NCBI GenBank assembly: GCA_035559535.1
Contig: DATMBG010000051.1
Location: forward strand, 1 to 64,000
Source of the DNA: Candidatus Limnocylindrales bacterium
GTDB lineage: Bacteria; Moduliflexota; Moduliflexia; Moduliflexales; JAUQPW01
Length of the DNA stretch: 64,000 bases
Direction: 5' to 3'
This document shows positions 10,174-20,666 of the stretch, piece by piece. Position 1 is the stretch's first letter; every line of letters starts with the position of its first letter. Made by a program: the position numbers and the translations under genes. The notes beneath the pieces are model-generated. The model worked only from the letters and a program-made list of their open reading frames with translations, did no database searches and had not been told where the DNA came from.

Positions 10174-11463
10174 CTAAAAACCGGGTATCAAATTTCCTTC
10201 TGAATCAAAGGCGAGTTCTCCCAACTCTTTGACAAGCATCAAGTCACTTCGAGATTCGAGTTCTTTCCGATAAGCCTCAGAGACAATAACTTCTCCCAGG
10301 ACCAGGGTATTTTTGATCCAGATTATCTTGGCGTTTTCAGGTTCTATCAAACCGATGGTATTGAGAGCCACATCAATGGCTTCTCGATCTGTATCAAAGG
10401 TCATGGGGAAGCGGGCCACTTCAGGAGCTATTCCAGTAATGCAGTTAATATAGGTTGCTCTGGGATCTATTTTATTGATCAAACGGCGCGTGGTAAAATC
10501 GGCAAAGCCTATTCCAGTTGCATTGCCGTGGGTATCTTCGGTAAGGTCCCGGACGAAGATGCGTTTGATTTTAGGTTTTTCGTGGGGTTTTTCGGTCAGA
10601 TTCATAATGCGTCCATGGACATTGGGATCCATACCCGCCCCGCTAATATCCTTTCCCATTTCGTCCACAATGAGTATATCGACCACATCAAAAGGAAGGT
10701 GGGCCAGGTATTTGCTGGCCTGCCGCTCAAGTTCCAATTCGGTTTCTACGAGATTCTCCGGAAGGACTGCAACGATATTGGCGGTTTCATCATAGCTGTT
10801 CTCTACAATGCCGACTCCAAAGAGAATTTTGCCTGTCTCCAGGACCTTTTGGGCCACTTTTTTAATTACGTTGGCATAACCAAAGCTGACAAAGGCTTTA
10901 TGATAAAGGAGAGCGCCGACGTGCTTTCCCAGGCCAATATTCATCATTTTCTGTAATCCACTTCCCAAATCTCCAGTAAAATCTGTGTGGGGTTTTATCC
11001 GATTAATAACTACCACATGATCGGCTTCATAGGCGTATTTATCCATGTAGACCGGAATCCTGGGTCCCAGTTCGGTCATTTCACTCACCTGAACCACTTC
11101 CATGGTGGCACGAATAGGTACTCCCATAGTCTCTTCGGTGATTCCGTATCGTGCGAGAACCTCTTTTTGGCCCTCCGGGGTTGCTCCCCCATGGCTTCCC
11201 ATAGCCGGAATAATAAAAGGTTTAGCCCCCATCTGTTTGAGTTCAGAAACAGTTGCACGTACCACTTTGGCAATATCCCTAATTCCTCGACTTCCGGCTG
11301 CAACGGCCACACTGGCACCGGGTTTTATCCTTGACCTTACGTTAATTCGGGCTATTTCCTCTGCAACTCGACCCGGAACATCCTCCACCTTCGGAACCTC
11401 AAATTTTTGAAAAATCTTCAGCATTTTGGGATACTTAATATCAGGATAATGAATTAGAGCCAT
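10174..11463 (-). CDS. Lactate racemase (LarA/DUF2088)-domain protein, uncharacterised subgroup
   Basis: GSRGI, PAMGSHGGAT, NRIKPHTDF, GKDISGAGMDPNV; SD ggggagg upstream of ATG 11463. Confidence 0.7.
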   Translation of the reverse strand: MALIHYPDIKYPKMLKIFQKFEVPKVEDVPGRVAEEIARINVRSRIKPGASVAVAAGSRGIRDIAKVVRATVSELKQMGAKPFIIPAMGSHGGATPEGQKEVLARYGITEETMGVPIRATMEVVQVSEMTELGPRIPVYMDKYAYEADHVVVINRIKPHTDFTGDLGSGLQKMMNIGLGKHVGALLYHKAFVSFGYANVIKKVAQKVLETGKILFGVGIVENSYDETANIVAVLPENLVETELELERQASKYLAHLPFDVVDILIVDEMGKDISGAGMDPNVHGRIMNLTEKPHEKPKIKRIFVRDLTEDTHGNATGIGFADFTTRRLINKIDPRATYINCITGIAPEVARFPMTFDTDREAIDVALNTIGLIEPENAKIIWIKNTLVLGEVIVSEAYRKELESRSDLMLVKELGELAFDSEGNLIPGF

Positions 11464-11673
11464 TTTAGTTTCCTCCCCATGTATAAAGTTAAAAAAGTTT
11501 TTATCGTATTCTACCCTATTCCCCACTATAGTCTCTGTTGAACAGAGTGTCAACAGCCAAAGTAAGAACATCCAAATTTCGATATAAGTCAGGAGATACC
11601 GCTTCGGGGGTCTTTTAGCCCCAACGGGGCGACTTGTTTATAGAAGTTATCTTTCCTCTCTCAGGCCACTCCT

Positions 11674-11702
11674 GTAGGGGTAGGTTTTAAACCTGCCCCT
11701 AC
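11674..11702 (+). repeat. GTAG-type REP palindrome
   Basis: gtaggggtaggttttaaacctgcccctac. Confidence 0.7.
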
Positions 11703-11763
11703 TTAAGTTTCAGTTTTGAGATGGTTCTTAGTTCCCCGGGTAAAAACAATCCATCAGTTACCT

Positions 11764-12690
11764 CTACTCTGGTAACCCAATTCCCTCAGCTCCTGGCTTT
11801 GACATAGTGGCCTGGGGATAATACCGCTGGATCATATCAAATCCAATCTTCGCCCTTCGGACCCGTTCTTTGCCTAAATTAATCGACGTAGCTTCCAGGT
11901 GCGTTCCACTTGGATAAATATCCGGAGAATTCCTCAGACCAAATTTAACATAAATCGGAGCTGCAATTCGGATCAATTCGGCGATTTCATAATACCGGAT
12001 AAATCCTCCAAAATTATCCGGAACTTCCACATATACATCCACCGGAATATTAATGGCTTGGCGAATAGCGGCGATCATAGGCAAAGTCAAATCGGTAGGA
12101 ATATTGTAAGTATCTGCACCGGCCTGTTCCATCATCCGAATGGAAATAGGATTGGATTGCCCCATTTGAACAGAAACTTTTACAACCAGATTGGCCGGAA
12201 GTTCTCCCCGTTTTTTCAATTCATTCACAATCCATAAAAGTCCTTCATCGGCTACTAAAATACCTCGGATTCCCAGAGCACAGGCCCGTTTAATGTCTTC
12301 AATGGCATAAACAATCTGATCCATCCCTCGAAGCCGTTGGGCAATTGCTTTGCCTGCCGGGGTAAAGGGAAGAGCTCCGATATCAAATCCAGCCCGAGGA
12401 CCTACAAAAAGGCTGACTTCAACCTGATATTCTTTTCCAAGTTGAACCATCTCCTTAATTTCGTCGTCGGTGAGTAACATAATACCACTTCCTTGACTGA
12501 TCCGATGAACAGGCACCTTAAGGGTTTGGGCAGTTTCGAGTACAGCCTTCATGGTTTTAGGTCCCTCAACGCTGGGTATTTCAATACGATATTGAGCTCC
12601 ATCTGGAAATCGCTTTTTGGAATCGGGTAAATCATAGAGATCTCCCGAGGGAAGCCCTAGCTGTTTTAGAAAAGCGCGGGTTTTATCCAT
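11764..12690 (-). CDS. U32-peptidase-like TIM-barrel protein of unknown function
   Basis: RFPDGAQYRIEIPSVEGP, HRISQGSGIMLL, GILVADEGLL resemble a family usually annotated U32; canonical Cys cluster not evident. Confidence 0.6.
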   Translation of the reverse strand: MDKTRAFLKQLGLPSGDLYDLPDSKKRFPDGAQYRIEIPSVEGPKTMKAVLETAQTLKVPVHRISQGSGIMLLTDDEIKEMVQLGKEYQVEVSLFVGPRAGFDIGALPFTPAGKAIAQRLRGMDQIVYAIEDIKRACALGIRGILVADEGLLWIVNELKKRGELPANLVVKVSVQMGQSNPISIRMMEQAGADTYNIPTDLTLPMIAAIRQAINIPVDVYVEVPDNFGGFIRYYEIAELIRIAAPIYVKFGLRNSPDIYPSGTHLEATSINLGKERVRRAKIGFDMIQRYYPQATMSKPGAEGIGLPE

Positions 12691-13089
12691 GATTTAATGG
12701 AGCCAGAATTCAGAAGCTAAAAACTAGTCCCTTGTAAAATCAGCTTTAACTTACTCAAAGGGTCGTTACAAAGAATGCTTCAACTGGACTCAGGATAAAC
12801 CCCTATGACAAAGCAATCTTTGGATTTCAAGGGATTGCTTTGCTTCCCTCGTTCAGTAATCCAACATGAACTTGAAAGAACACTGGAAACGGGAATTCTA
12901 ATTCCAGGCTCCTGAATGCCGGCTCTTGATTTACTTCAACTTAATCTTCCTTGGAATTGTCTTCCAATCAATCCTTTTCTCAGCCTGTGGATTGAGTCCT
13001 AAAGATGATTCTCCCTGGAGTAAATCACTTTTAGAGAATCTTTCAACCAATTTTTGATTTTACAATTCCAACATTCTATCTCCGTAGAT

Positions 13090-14400
13090 TTAACCCTCAC
13101 CTCCTACTTTAAGCTGAATCGTTAATTTTTCAAACTCTTTTTTCATCTCTAGATTTTCAAAAACCCGAAGCTCGGGTATTTGCAAATTTTTAAGGGTGTC
13201 AAATAAATTCTGACTGGACTTCATCATGGCTATAAGCTCGCTGGATACTTTAACGGTCTCATAAGTGTTTTTTGCTACAGAGATATCCGGATTCAATTTT
13301 TGCCTGGCCACCTTCATATTGGTGCGCTGCATTTCCAGGTAACCCTTGTATAATTTCGCCGCTTCCAGAGTTAATTTCTGGGCCTCGAGGTTAGCGGTTA
13401 AAATCTCTTTATTTCGGTCGGAAGACTCTTTCTTTAAAAGGTCTTCGGTTTGTTTTAATAAAACCTCTGTCCTGGGAATGATGCCCTTAATCTCTTTTCC
13501 ATCCTTTCCTTTTCCTCCCTGGATTTGAGGAAGATATTTTTGATCAATATCCTGAATAAGCTGCTGGTACATATGATCCAGGATTTCCAATAAAACGACA
13601 TACATGCCATAATATCGCCGGGCAATGTTAACATTTTCTCCACTTTTAACCATGATCTGTTCGAGCTGTTGGGTAACGGTTTTGATGTTGTTGAAGGTGA
13701 CGTTTATTTGAATAATGTTATCTCCCACAAGGGTGGAGAGGAGAAAATCGAGCTGTTCAGGGGTAAGCATTAATCCCATGTTTTGAAGCTCGTTTTGGAG
13801 AGATTCCTTTGTTTTCTTTATTTCATCTTGATTTCGGGCAATCCTTTCTTTGAGTTCTTCAATTTTTTGACTATACTCTTCATCTGTTGTTTCCCAGGGT
13901 TTCCATAGGGGCTTTTTTCTCGGCGCAGATACCCGCTTTTCTTCATACTCTATTATTTTTCTATTTGCCTCCCGGATATCTCCTTCCAGATCTTGAATCT
14001 GTTTACGATAAGCCTGGGTAGGGGAAATGACGAGAATGTTAACGGCTTCGTCTAATAATTCATTAATATTCTGTTGGTTCGAGACTTTATCTGCGGACAG
14101 TAAGGCAGAATCGGGGAGGGTTTCGTGCCTATCCTCTAAGTTTAAAACGGATTCTAACTTAGGTAGGAGCTTTTCCCACAATTCCTCCGACTTACCCTTT
14201 TCCTCTCTACCTAATAAACTCCTGGCCTCCTCCAGAGTCTCCTGGGTTAGTTCTTTGGCTTTCTTTACGGTATCTTGGGTTAACTCCTTTGTTCTATTCC
14301 ATAAGTCAGCCTCCTTTTCTTCGAAAGGGTAAGTATAAGGAATGGGATGAATAAGGAAAGATAAAACTATTAAAACTATAAATGGTAAGAATTGGGACAT
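13090..14400 (-). CDS. Secreted or membrane-anchored coiled-coil hypothetical protein
   Basis: 436-aa ORF, N-terminal hydrophobic signal-like segment, heptad-rich E/K/Q/L composition, gagg SD. Confidence 0.75.
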   Translation of the reverse strand: MSQFLPFIVLIVLSFLIHPIPYTYPFEEKEADLWNRTKELTQDTVKKAKELTQETLEEARSLLGREEKGKSEELWEKLLPKLESVLNLEDRHETLPDSALLSADKVSNQQNINELLDEAVNILVISPTQAYRKQIQDLEGDIREANRKIIEYEEKRVSAPRKKPLWKPWETTDEEYSQKIEELKERIARNQDEIKKTKESLQNELQNMGLMLTPEQLDFLLSTLVGDNIIQINVTFNNIKTVTQQLEQIMVKSGENVNIARRYYGMYVVLLEILDHMYQQLIQDIDQKYLPQIQGGKGKDGKEIKGIIPRTEVLLKQTEDLLKKESSDRNKEILTANLEAQKLTLEAAKLYKGYLEMQRTNMKVARQKLNPDISVAKNTYETVKVSSELIAMMKSSQNLFDTLKNLQIPELRVFENLEMKKEFEKLTIQLKVGGEG

Positions 14401-14610
14401 GGCTTATACCTCTTTTTGAAGTAACAACTTCAAGGTTTGTTACTCAACAAAATATTTGCAATCTGAAAGATAAGATCTTGTTTATAACCCTCCAGGTCGT
14501 GTGTTTCAAAATTCGTAGGAGCGACCAACCGGACGCCTTTACAAGGGGTTATACGACCTGTTCAAGGGGAGTTGGTACTATTTATGAAAGTTTTTATACC
14601 GATAACAAAG

Positions 14611-14641
14611 AAAGCCGGGGTCATATAACAACCCCGGCTTT
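14611..14641 (-). terminator. Rho-independent terminator downstream of PhyH-family gene
   Basis: aaagccggggt/accccggcttt stem, T-rich tail on minus strand. Confidence 0.6.
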
Positions 14642-14685
14642 AGAGGAGCCACGGATAGAATCAGCTTCATCAATTTTACTAAAAG

Positions 14686-15522
14686 CTAACCATTATAGTT
14701 AGCCTGTAGATCGTAAATATTCGTTCCAATTGGATAATTGGGAATAATATAGGTAATTTCTTCTAAACGAACCGTTGTAGGTTTTACACCCCGAAGAATA
14801 CGTCCCATGTAATTATTGGGGGTACCATATAATTGCATGGAATCAGATGCCCGATATTCATAAATAAGCACACGACGACCGGCCTCAGAGGTATTAGGGG
14901 CTGAGCTGTGGAGCGTCAGGCAGTGAAGCAGGACCATTCCACCAGCCTCGAGAGGTAAGTTGACTGCTTTGTCCATATCGACTTTTTTCAAATCATCGGT
15001 AACCATCCCTATAAAGGTACCATCTTTAGATCTATGGTCCAGGGGACCCAGTTTATGGCTTCCGGGTATCACTCTTAAACAGCCGTTTTCCAGAGTTGAA
15101 TCGTTTAAATGGATCAAACAGGCAACCAAATCTGTGTTGGTATGTGGGAAAAAGGGGAGGTCTTGATGCCACTTGACAGGACTTCCGGCACGAGCCGGTT
15201 TCATATTTAGCTTGCTGTGATGAATCTGAATATTGGGTCCTATAAGGTCTTCCACAGCATCCAAGATCACCTTATGGCTGGCTAATTCTTCAAAACATCT
15301 GGCCTGCTCAAAGGGATTAAAGATCCTTCGAACAATCTTCCGGCTCCCTTCGCTAACAGGTTCAAAATCACACAAATTATTGGGAACCCCCAAACTTTGG
15401 GCTTTTTCGACCAATTCATCGATTGTTTCATGTAAGAGTTTTAATTCTGCCTGGGAAAGAACCCCTTCTACTACCAGATAACCATTTTCTTTATAAAATG
15501 CCTTTTGTTCTTGTGTCAGCAT
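14686..15522 (-). CDS. Phytanoyl-CoA dioxygenase (PhyH) family Fe(II)/2-oxoglutarate enzyme
   Basis: WHQD (HxD), ENGCLRVIPGSHK, LHSSAPN..RR. Confidence 0.9.
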   Translation of the reverse strand: MLTQEQKAFYKENGYLVVEGVLSQAELKLLHETIDELVEKAQSLGVPNNLCDFEPVSEGSRKIVRRIFNPFEQARCFEELASHKVILDAVEDLIGPNIQIHHSKLNMKPARAGSPVKWHQDLPFFPHTNTDLVACLIHLNDSTLENGCLRVIPGSHKLGPLDHRSKDGTFIGMVTDDLKKVDMDKAVNLPLEAGGMVLLHCLTLHSSAPNTSEAGRRVLIYEYRASDSMQLYGTPNNYMGRILRGVKPTTVRLEEITYIIPNYPIGTNIYDLQANYNG

Positions 15523-15572
15523 AGTTCATACTCCTTGTGTTGGGTTATTTAGTAAATATTAGTAAATAGAGG

Positions 15573-15854
15573 TTAAGATATCTTCCATTGGTTTGGGGAA
15601 AAAGTTTTCAAAGACAGGGCGTGAATCTCCTTTTCCAGGTCCGGACCAAGGGCTTCATAAACTAAACGGTGTTGTTCCAAAAGTCCTTTACCTTCAAAAA
15701 TCGGGGAAACCACCATTATATTAAAATGACCCCCACCCGAGGCCATCATCCCGGGATGGCCCGCATGAAGATAGCTTTCATCTTCTACCTTTACAAAAAA
15801 AGCTCTGAGCTTTTCTCTCAAAGCAATTTCAATTTTCTCCTTTGTAGTCAACAT
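15573..15854 (-). CDS. bolA: BolA family protein
   Basis: DESYLHAGH, GGHFNIMVVSPIFEG..QHRLVYEAL..IHALSL; ggag SD. Confidence 0.9.
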   Translation of the reverse strand: MLTTKEKIEIALREKLRAFFVKVEDESYLHAGHPGMMASGGGHFNIMVVSPIFEGKGLLEQHRLVYEALGPDLEKEIHALSLKTFSPNQWKIS

Positions 15855-16124
15855 CTCCTCCTGATGGGATGGGTTTATTACCTGGATTTAGGTAAAGTCA
15901 AAGCCTTAAATCTGAGGTACAAAATCTGTACCCTTACACTGCCAAATTAAATAAATAGGGGCTTCATGTCAATAAGAAAAAAGATTTGATCCAGGAGCGG
16001 CTTAAAGGAATGCCTCCTGAGTCCCTCCTCCAGGGGAAAATAGGAAGCATACCCCCTTCATCGGTTCCCCTGGAGAAGGGTCGAAGGGGGTGTTAGAAAG
16101 GATAAGCTACCCGGGTCAATAGCA

Positions 16125-16322
16125 CTTATCTTTACCCACATTTTTCGATTTGGGAGGATGGGTTCAAAACGGTTAGTAGGTCAACCGTCCCGGTTGACCC
16201 ACCTTGCAAAAAGAGGGAGCTTGCCCTCACGAAGGAGATTCAATGCACTTCGCTACTCAACCAGTAAGATAGCTAAACCAGTTATTAATCCCCTGAAATG
16301 AAAAAATGTGGGTAATGGTTAG
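16125..16322. mobile_element. 198-bp MITE with terminal inverted repeats and 10-bp target-site duplication
   Basis: Left cttatctttacccacatttttcgattt; right reverse complement ctaaccattacccacattttttcattt; gtcaatagca at 16115-16124 and 16323-16332. Confidence 0.85.
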
Positions 16323-16586
16323 GTCAATAGCAAGGGAGGCAACCTGGGAGTAAAGGTCCGATTATGCAAAGGTATAGAACGAAGGATGAGTGAAATATTT
16401 CCTATTTTCACAGGCTCCTTTCAACAAGGACTTCCGAATGGATAAAATGTTTAAAACTATATCCCGATTCGTTTAAATTTTTTTTTCATTTTCCATAAAA
16501 AATTGCTTGCAATTCATTTTGAGAGATGATACCTCTTTCTTACGTTTTCGGATAAAGGTGTTCTAAAATGAGGTTAGGGGAGGTAT

Positions 16587-18272
16587 ATGAAACCAGACTT
16601 TCGTAAGGTACTATCGGAGTTTTTAACCAGATTAAGAACTTTCTTCACCCTTCAAAGGATAGTAGTAAGGTCTCTAATTCATCAAAGGATAGTAGCAAGG
16701 TCTCTAACTCGATTAAGACCCTTATGGGTTCTATGGGTTTCCCATATAGATCCCTTTTTAAGATCCAGACTCATTCCCTTCTGCAAATCTATCAACTCTC
16801 TTCCTATTACCGATGACCGAATTAAAATAAAATGGAGTAAATACGGTCTTACCTTCATCCCCCCTATTTTAGCCATTTTACTTTCCAGCTCTGAAATCAA
16901 TGATGTGAAATACACGTTGGGGCCCTATATTTCCTTGATGGAAGGGACTCTGACTCGGAAAACCGAAATCGGACCGTTTCCTTATCCAGATGAGCTTCGT
17001 CCTCAAGTAGAATTTTGGAAGAAGATTTTCTCTACATACACCACTAAGCAGGCCGTCATTCATGATAATTGGTATCTAGATATCATTTACACGGTGGTGG
17101 ATCTGGATGGGGATGATCTCCGATCTGAGGCTGATAAGCGAAAGGCCATAGATAAGGCTATTGAGAAGTATAAGGGGATTCTGACGGAATTAGAAAAAAA
17201 GGGAGATAATGTCGATGCCATGACCGAGGAAGAAAAGAAAATTTATGCCATGTTTAAAAAGGTCAGTGAAAACGGGGTGGATAAGGAAGCGAAAGACCGA
17301 ATCCGGGGACAGATTGGACAAAGAGACAGGATGATAAAAGGCATTGCGACCTCAGGTCGTTATATAGCGGAGATGGAGCGAATTTTTAAAGAGGCCAATT
17401 TACCGGTGGAGCTGACCCGTCTCCCCTTCGTAGAATCCGCTTTTAACACTTATGCTTATTCCTTTGTAGGTGCCGCCGGATTATGGCAGTTTATGAAGTA
17501 TACGGGAAAGATGTACATGCGAATCGACAATGTAGTGGATGAGCGACGTGATCCAATCAAATCCACTATAGCGGCTGCAAAGCTACTGGCAGCTAATTAT
17601 AAGTTGCTCAACTCCTGGCCTCTGGCTATCACAGCTTACAACCACGGGGCTGGAGGGATACAGAAAGCGATAGCACAGCTTAAATCCAGGGATATTGTCG
17701 ATATTATCCAAAAGTATAACGGAGAGAATTTCGGATTTGCTTCTCGTAATTTCTACCCCGAATTCCTGGCGGCTCTTGAGGTCATGTCCGATATCAAAAC
17801 TTATTTTGGAGATGTGGCGATGGATCCGCCTCTTCAGTATGATGAGGTGGTCATCAAGGACTATGTAAAAATGTCGGATATTATTAAGTATTGCTCTCTT
17901 TTAGAGGAAGATCTTCGTGAGTTGAATCCGGCTTTGCGGGAAGGGGTTTTCTCTTCCCGATATATGATTCCCAAGAATTATGTTTTAAAAATACCGGTGG
18001 GAAGTAAAGCAGATTTTGAAACTAAATATGCCATGATTCCCTCTTCCCAGAAATTTGCCAGCCTGAACTTCGATAAAACCCACAAAGTTAAGCAGGGACA
18101 AAGTCTCTCGGCTATTGCTAAACTTTATAAAACCTCTGTTAAAGCCCTTATGTCTGCAAACTCTTTGAAAAAACCCAACATGATTAAACCGGGTCAGGTT
18201 CTTAAAATCCCGGGTAAATTGTCACCGGCTTCTGCCGCCGATGAAGATAAAGAGGAGAAAAAAGAAGGCTGA
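16587..18272 (+). CDS. MltD-like lytic transglycosylase with C-terminal LysM
   Basis: LPFVESAF (catalytic Glu), GAAGLWQFM, AITAYNHG, LysM HKVKQGQSLSAIAKLY; ggggagg SD. Confidence 0.9.
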   Translation: MKPDFRKVLSEFLTRLRTFFTLQRIVVRSLIHQRIVARSLTRLRPLWVLWVSHIDPFLRSRLIPFCKSINSLPITDDRIKIKWSKYGLTFIPPILAILLSSSEINDVKYTLGPYISLMEGTLTRKTEIGPFPYPDELRPQVEFWKKIFSTYTTKQAVIHDNWYLDIIYTVVDLDGDDLRSEADKRKAIDKAIEKYKGILTELEKKGDNVDAMTEEEKKIYAMFKKVSENGVDKEAKDRIRGQIGQRDRMIKGIATSGRYIAEMERIFKEANLPVELTRLPFVESAFNTYAYSFVGAAGLWQFMKYTGKMYMRIDNVVDERRDPIKSTIAAAKLLAANYKLLNSWPLAITAYNHGAGGIQKAIAQLKSRDIVDIIQKYNGENFGFASRNFYPEFLAALEVMSDIKTYFGDVAMDPPLQYDEVVIKDYVKMSDIIKYCSLLEEDLRELNPALREGVFSSRYMIPKNYVLKIPVGSKADFETKYAMIPSSQKFASLNFDKTHKVKQGQSLSAIAKLYKTSVKALMSANSLKKPNMIKPGQVLKIPGKLSPASAADEDKEEKKEG

Positions 18273-18309
18273 GGAGATCTAACCATTTCTCCGTGGAGAC
18301 GTCTTATAG

Positions 18310-18339
18310 GTAGGGGCGGCCATAAGGGATTGCCCCTAC
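18310..18339 (+). repeat. GTAG-type REP palindrome
   Basis: gtaggggcggccataagggattgcccctac. Confidence 0.65.
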
Positions 18340-18597
18340 GTAAATCAGGTGTTATCTTCCTGGCGAATAGTACGAAAATTACGTTATGATTTTCACACTT
18401 TGAAGTAATCTGGAAGGTCATGAACCTCCTGGTATTGTACCTTCGTGACTTCGGAAACCTCTCAGTGAATTTCCTGAACCCTCCAACCATTTTTTTCTTG
18501 CTTACCATTCAGAGCGGTTTTATCCTATTTTAAAAATGAAACCAGTTGAAGTTAAAGAAGAAATTCCCCTCGATAACGTTGAAAAGAAGGAGATAAA

Positions 18598-20664
18598 ATG
18601 CCCAAAGAATTGCTACTAGAAATTGGAACTGAAGAAATACCGAGTAGCTTTGTCCTGATGGCTCTCAAGGACATAGAACAAAACGCGAGAAAACTATTTG
18701 AGACTTATCGGATTGGTTTTTCTGAGATAAAAGCCCTGGGAACCCCTCGTCGTTTAACTCTGTACATGGGTCAGGTTGAGGAGAGACAACAGGATTTTGT
18801 TACAGAAGTTCTGGGTCCTGCAAAACGTGTGGCTTATGATGAAAAGGGGAATCCTACAAAGGCTGCATGGGGGTTTGCCCGGGGGCAGGGAGTAACGGTT
18901 GAAGAACTCCAGATTAAGGTGACCGACCGAGGAGAGTATGTCTGTGTTATTAAGCGGGAGAAAGGCGGCGAGACAGATACGCTACTTCGTAAAATTCTAC
19001 CGGAACTCATAACTTCTTTATCGTTTCCTAAATCCATGCGATGGGGAGAAAGCCGTTTAAGATTTGCCAGACCGATTCACTGGATTCTTGCCCTTTTTGG
19101 AGGGGAAGTGGTAGATTTTCAACTTGAAGAACTCCGAAGTGGTTCCTTGACCTATGGTCATCGATTTCTCAAACCGCAAGCCATCCCAATCCAGGATTTT
19201 TCCACTTATCTTCAAGCCCTTAGGGAAGCTTATGTGATTGTAGATCCCGATGAACGACGGGAATCTATCCAGAAACAACTTGTAGAAGTCGCCTCTCAGC
19301 AAGGGGGTAAACCTCTGGAAGATGAAGCACTTCTGGATACTGTTACCTTCCTGGTCGAATATCCCAGGGTTATTTGGGGTCAATTTGATCCGGGCTATTT
19401 AAAATTACCCCGGGAACTTCTGATTACAACCCTGCGTGAACATCAAAAGTACTTTTCTGTAGTGGATTCCAGGGGTCAACTGCTTCCTTACTTTCTCGTT
19501 GTCAGCAACATGGTGGCCAGGGATATGAGTATTATTCGGCAGGGAAATGAGCGGGTTCTGAAAGCCCGTTTAGCCGACGCCGAATTTTTCTTCCATGAAG
19601 ATCAGAAACGTCCTTTAGAAACTCGATTAGAGGATTTAAAGCAGGTTATTTTCCAGGAAAAATTAGGAACTTCCTATGAAAAGGTTCAAAGATTTACTCA
19701 ATTAGCTTTATATCTAGCCTCGATGGTAGATGAATCCTCAAAACCCCTGGTAGCTCGGACAGCACAGCTCTGTAAAGCAGATCTGGTTACGGAGATGGTC
19801 AAAGAATTTCCCAACTTACAGGGAATCATGGGAAGCGAATATGCCCGGTTATCCGGAGAACCCGAAGAGGTCGTGAAGGGAATCCTGGAACACTATCGCC
19901 CCCGGTTCGCAGGAGATGCGATCCCAGAGTCAACCTCCGGAGCGCTGGTCAGTCTGGCAGATAAATTAGACACCATTGTGGGTTGTTTTGGGATTAACCT
20001 GATTCCCACCGGTTCTGAGGATCCCTATGCACTTCGACGACAGGCCCTGGGAATTATCCATATCATCCTGGGGAAAGAATATTCCCTGTCGCTGAATGCT
20101 CTGATTTCCCAATCCTTACAATTACTTCAAGGAAAACTTCTTCGACCTCCTGAAGAGGTGAAAAAAGAAGTTCTGGAATTCTTTAAAGTTCGATTTATAA
20201 ATCTCCTGACCGGTCAGGGAATCCGCCAGGATACCATAGAAGCCGTACTTTCTGTGGAGTTTGATGATCTGGTTGATAGTTATAAGCGCATCTTAGCCCT
20301 TGCCGAATTTAGAAATGATCCGGGCTTTGAATCGCTTCTGATTGCCTTTAAGCGGGTCATCAATATTATCCCCAAGGGCTTCTCGGGTAAGGTAAATCCG
20401 AATCTTTTCGAGCGTGACGAAGAAAAGGATCTGTACCAGGCCGTACTTAAAATAAAAGATCTGGTTGCTTCAGCCTTTGCGCAGAAGGAATACAGAAAAG
20501 CTTTGACCGAGATTTCAACCCTTCGATCTCCGGTCGATAGGTTTTTTACCGGCGTAATGGTGATGGTTGAAGATCCGGAAATTCGCGCTAATCGTCTGGC
20601 CCTGCTGGATACTATTGCAGATCTCTTTAGAGGATTTGCAGATTTCTCCAAGCTGGTGGTCTAA
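18598..20664 (+). CDS. glyS: Glycine--tRNA ligase beta subunit
   Basis: LLLEIGTEEIP, TPRRL, FPKSMRWG..FARPIHW, PTGSEDPYALRRQA, C-terminal anticodon-binding domain; aaggag SD. Confidence 0.97.
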   Translation: MPKELLLEIGTEEIPSSFVLMALKDIEQNARKLFETYRIGFSEIKALGTPRRLTLYMGQVEERQQDFVTEVLGPAKRVAYDEKGNPTKAAWGFARGQGVTVEELQIKVTDRGEYVCVIKREKGGETDTLLRKILPELITSLSFPKSMRWGESRLRFARPIHWILALFGGEVVDFQLEELRSGSLTYGHRFLKPQAIPIQDFSTYLQALREAYVIVDPDERRESIQKQLVEVASQQGGKPLEDEALLDTVTFLVEYPRVIWGQFDPGYLKLPRELLITTLREHQKYFSVVDSRGQLLPYFLVVSNMVARDMSIIRQGNERVLKARLADAEFFFHEDQKRPLETRLEDLKQVIFQEKLGTSYEKVQRFTQLALYLASMVDESSKPLVARTAQLCKADLVTEMVKEFPNLQGIMGSEYARLSGEPEEVVKGILEHYRPRFAGDAIPESTSGALVSLADKLDTIVGCFGINLIPTGSEDPYALRRQALGIIHIILGKEYSLSLNALISQSLQLLQGKLLRPPEEVKKEVLEFFKVRFINLLTGQGIRQDTIEAVLSVEFDDLVDSYKRILALAEFRNDPGFESLLIAFKRVINIIPKGFSGKVNPNLFERDEEKDLYQAVLKIKDLVASAFAQKEYRKALTEISTLRSPVDRFFTGVMVMVEDPEIRANRLALLDTIADLFRGFADFSKLVV

Positions 20665-20666
20665 AA

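Noticed and set aside
12807-12852. caaagcaatc...gattgctttg hairpin as terminator or riboswitch
   Set aside because: More consistent with a degenerate palindromic repeat; no other support
18340-18597. T-box or glyQ remnant upstream of glyS
   Set aside because: No T-box consensus or GlyQ-like translation seen
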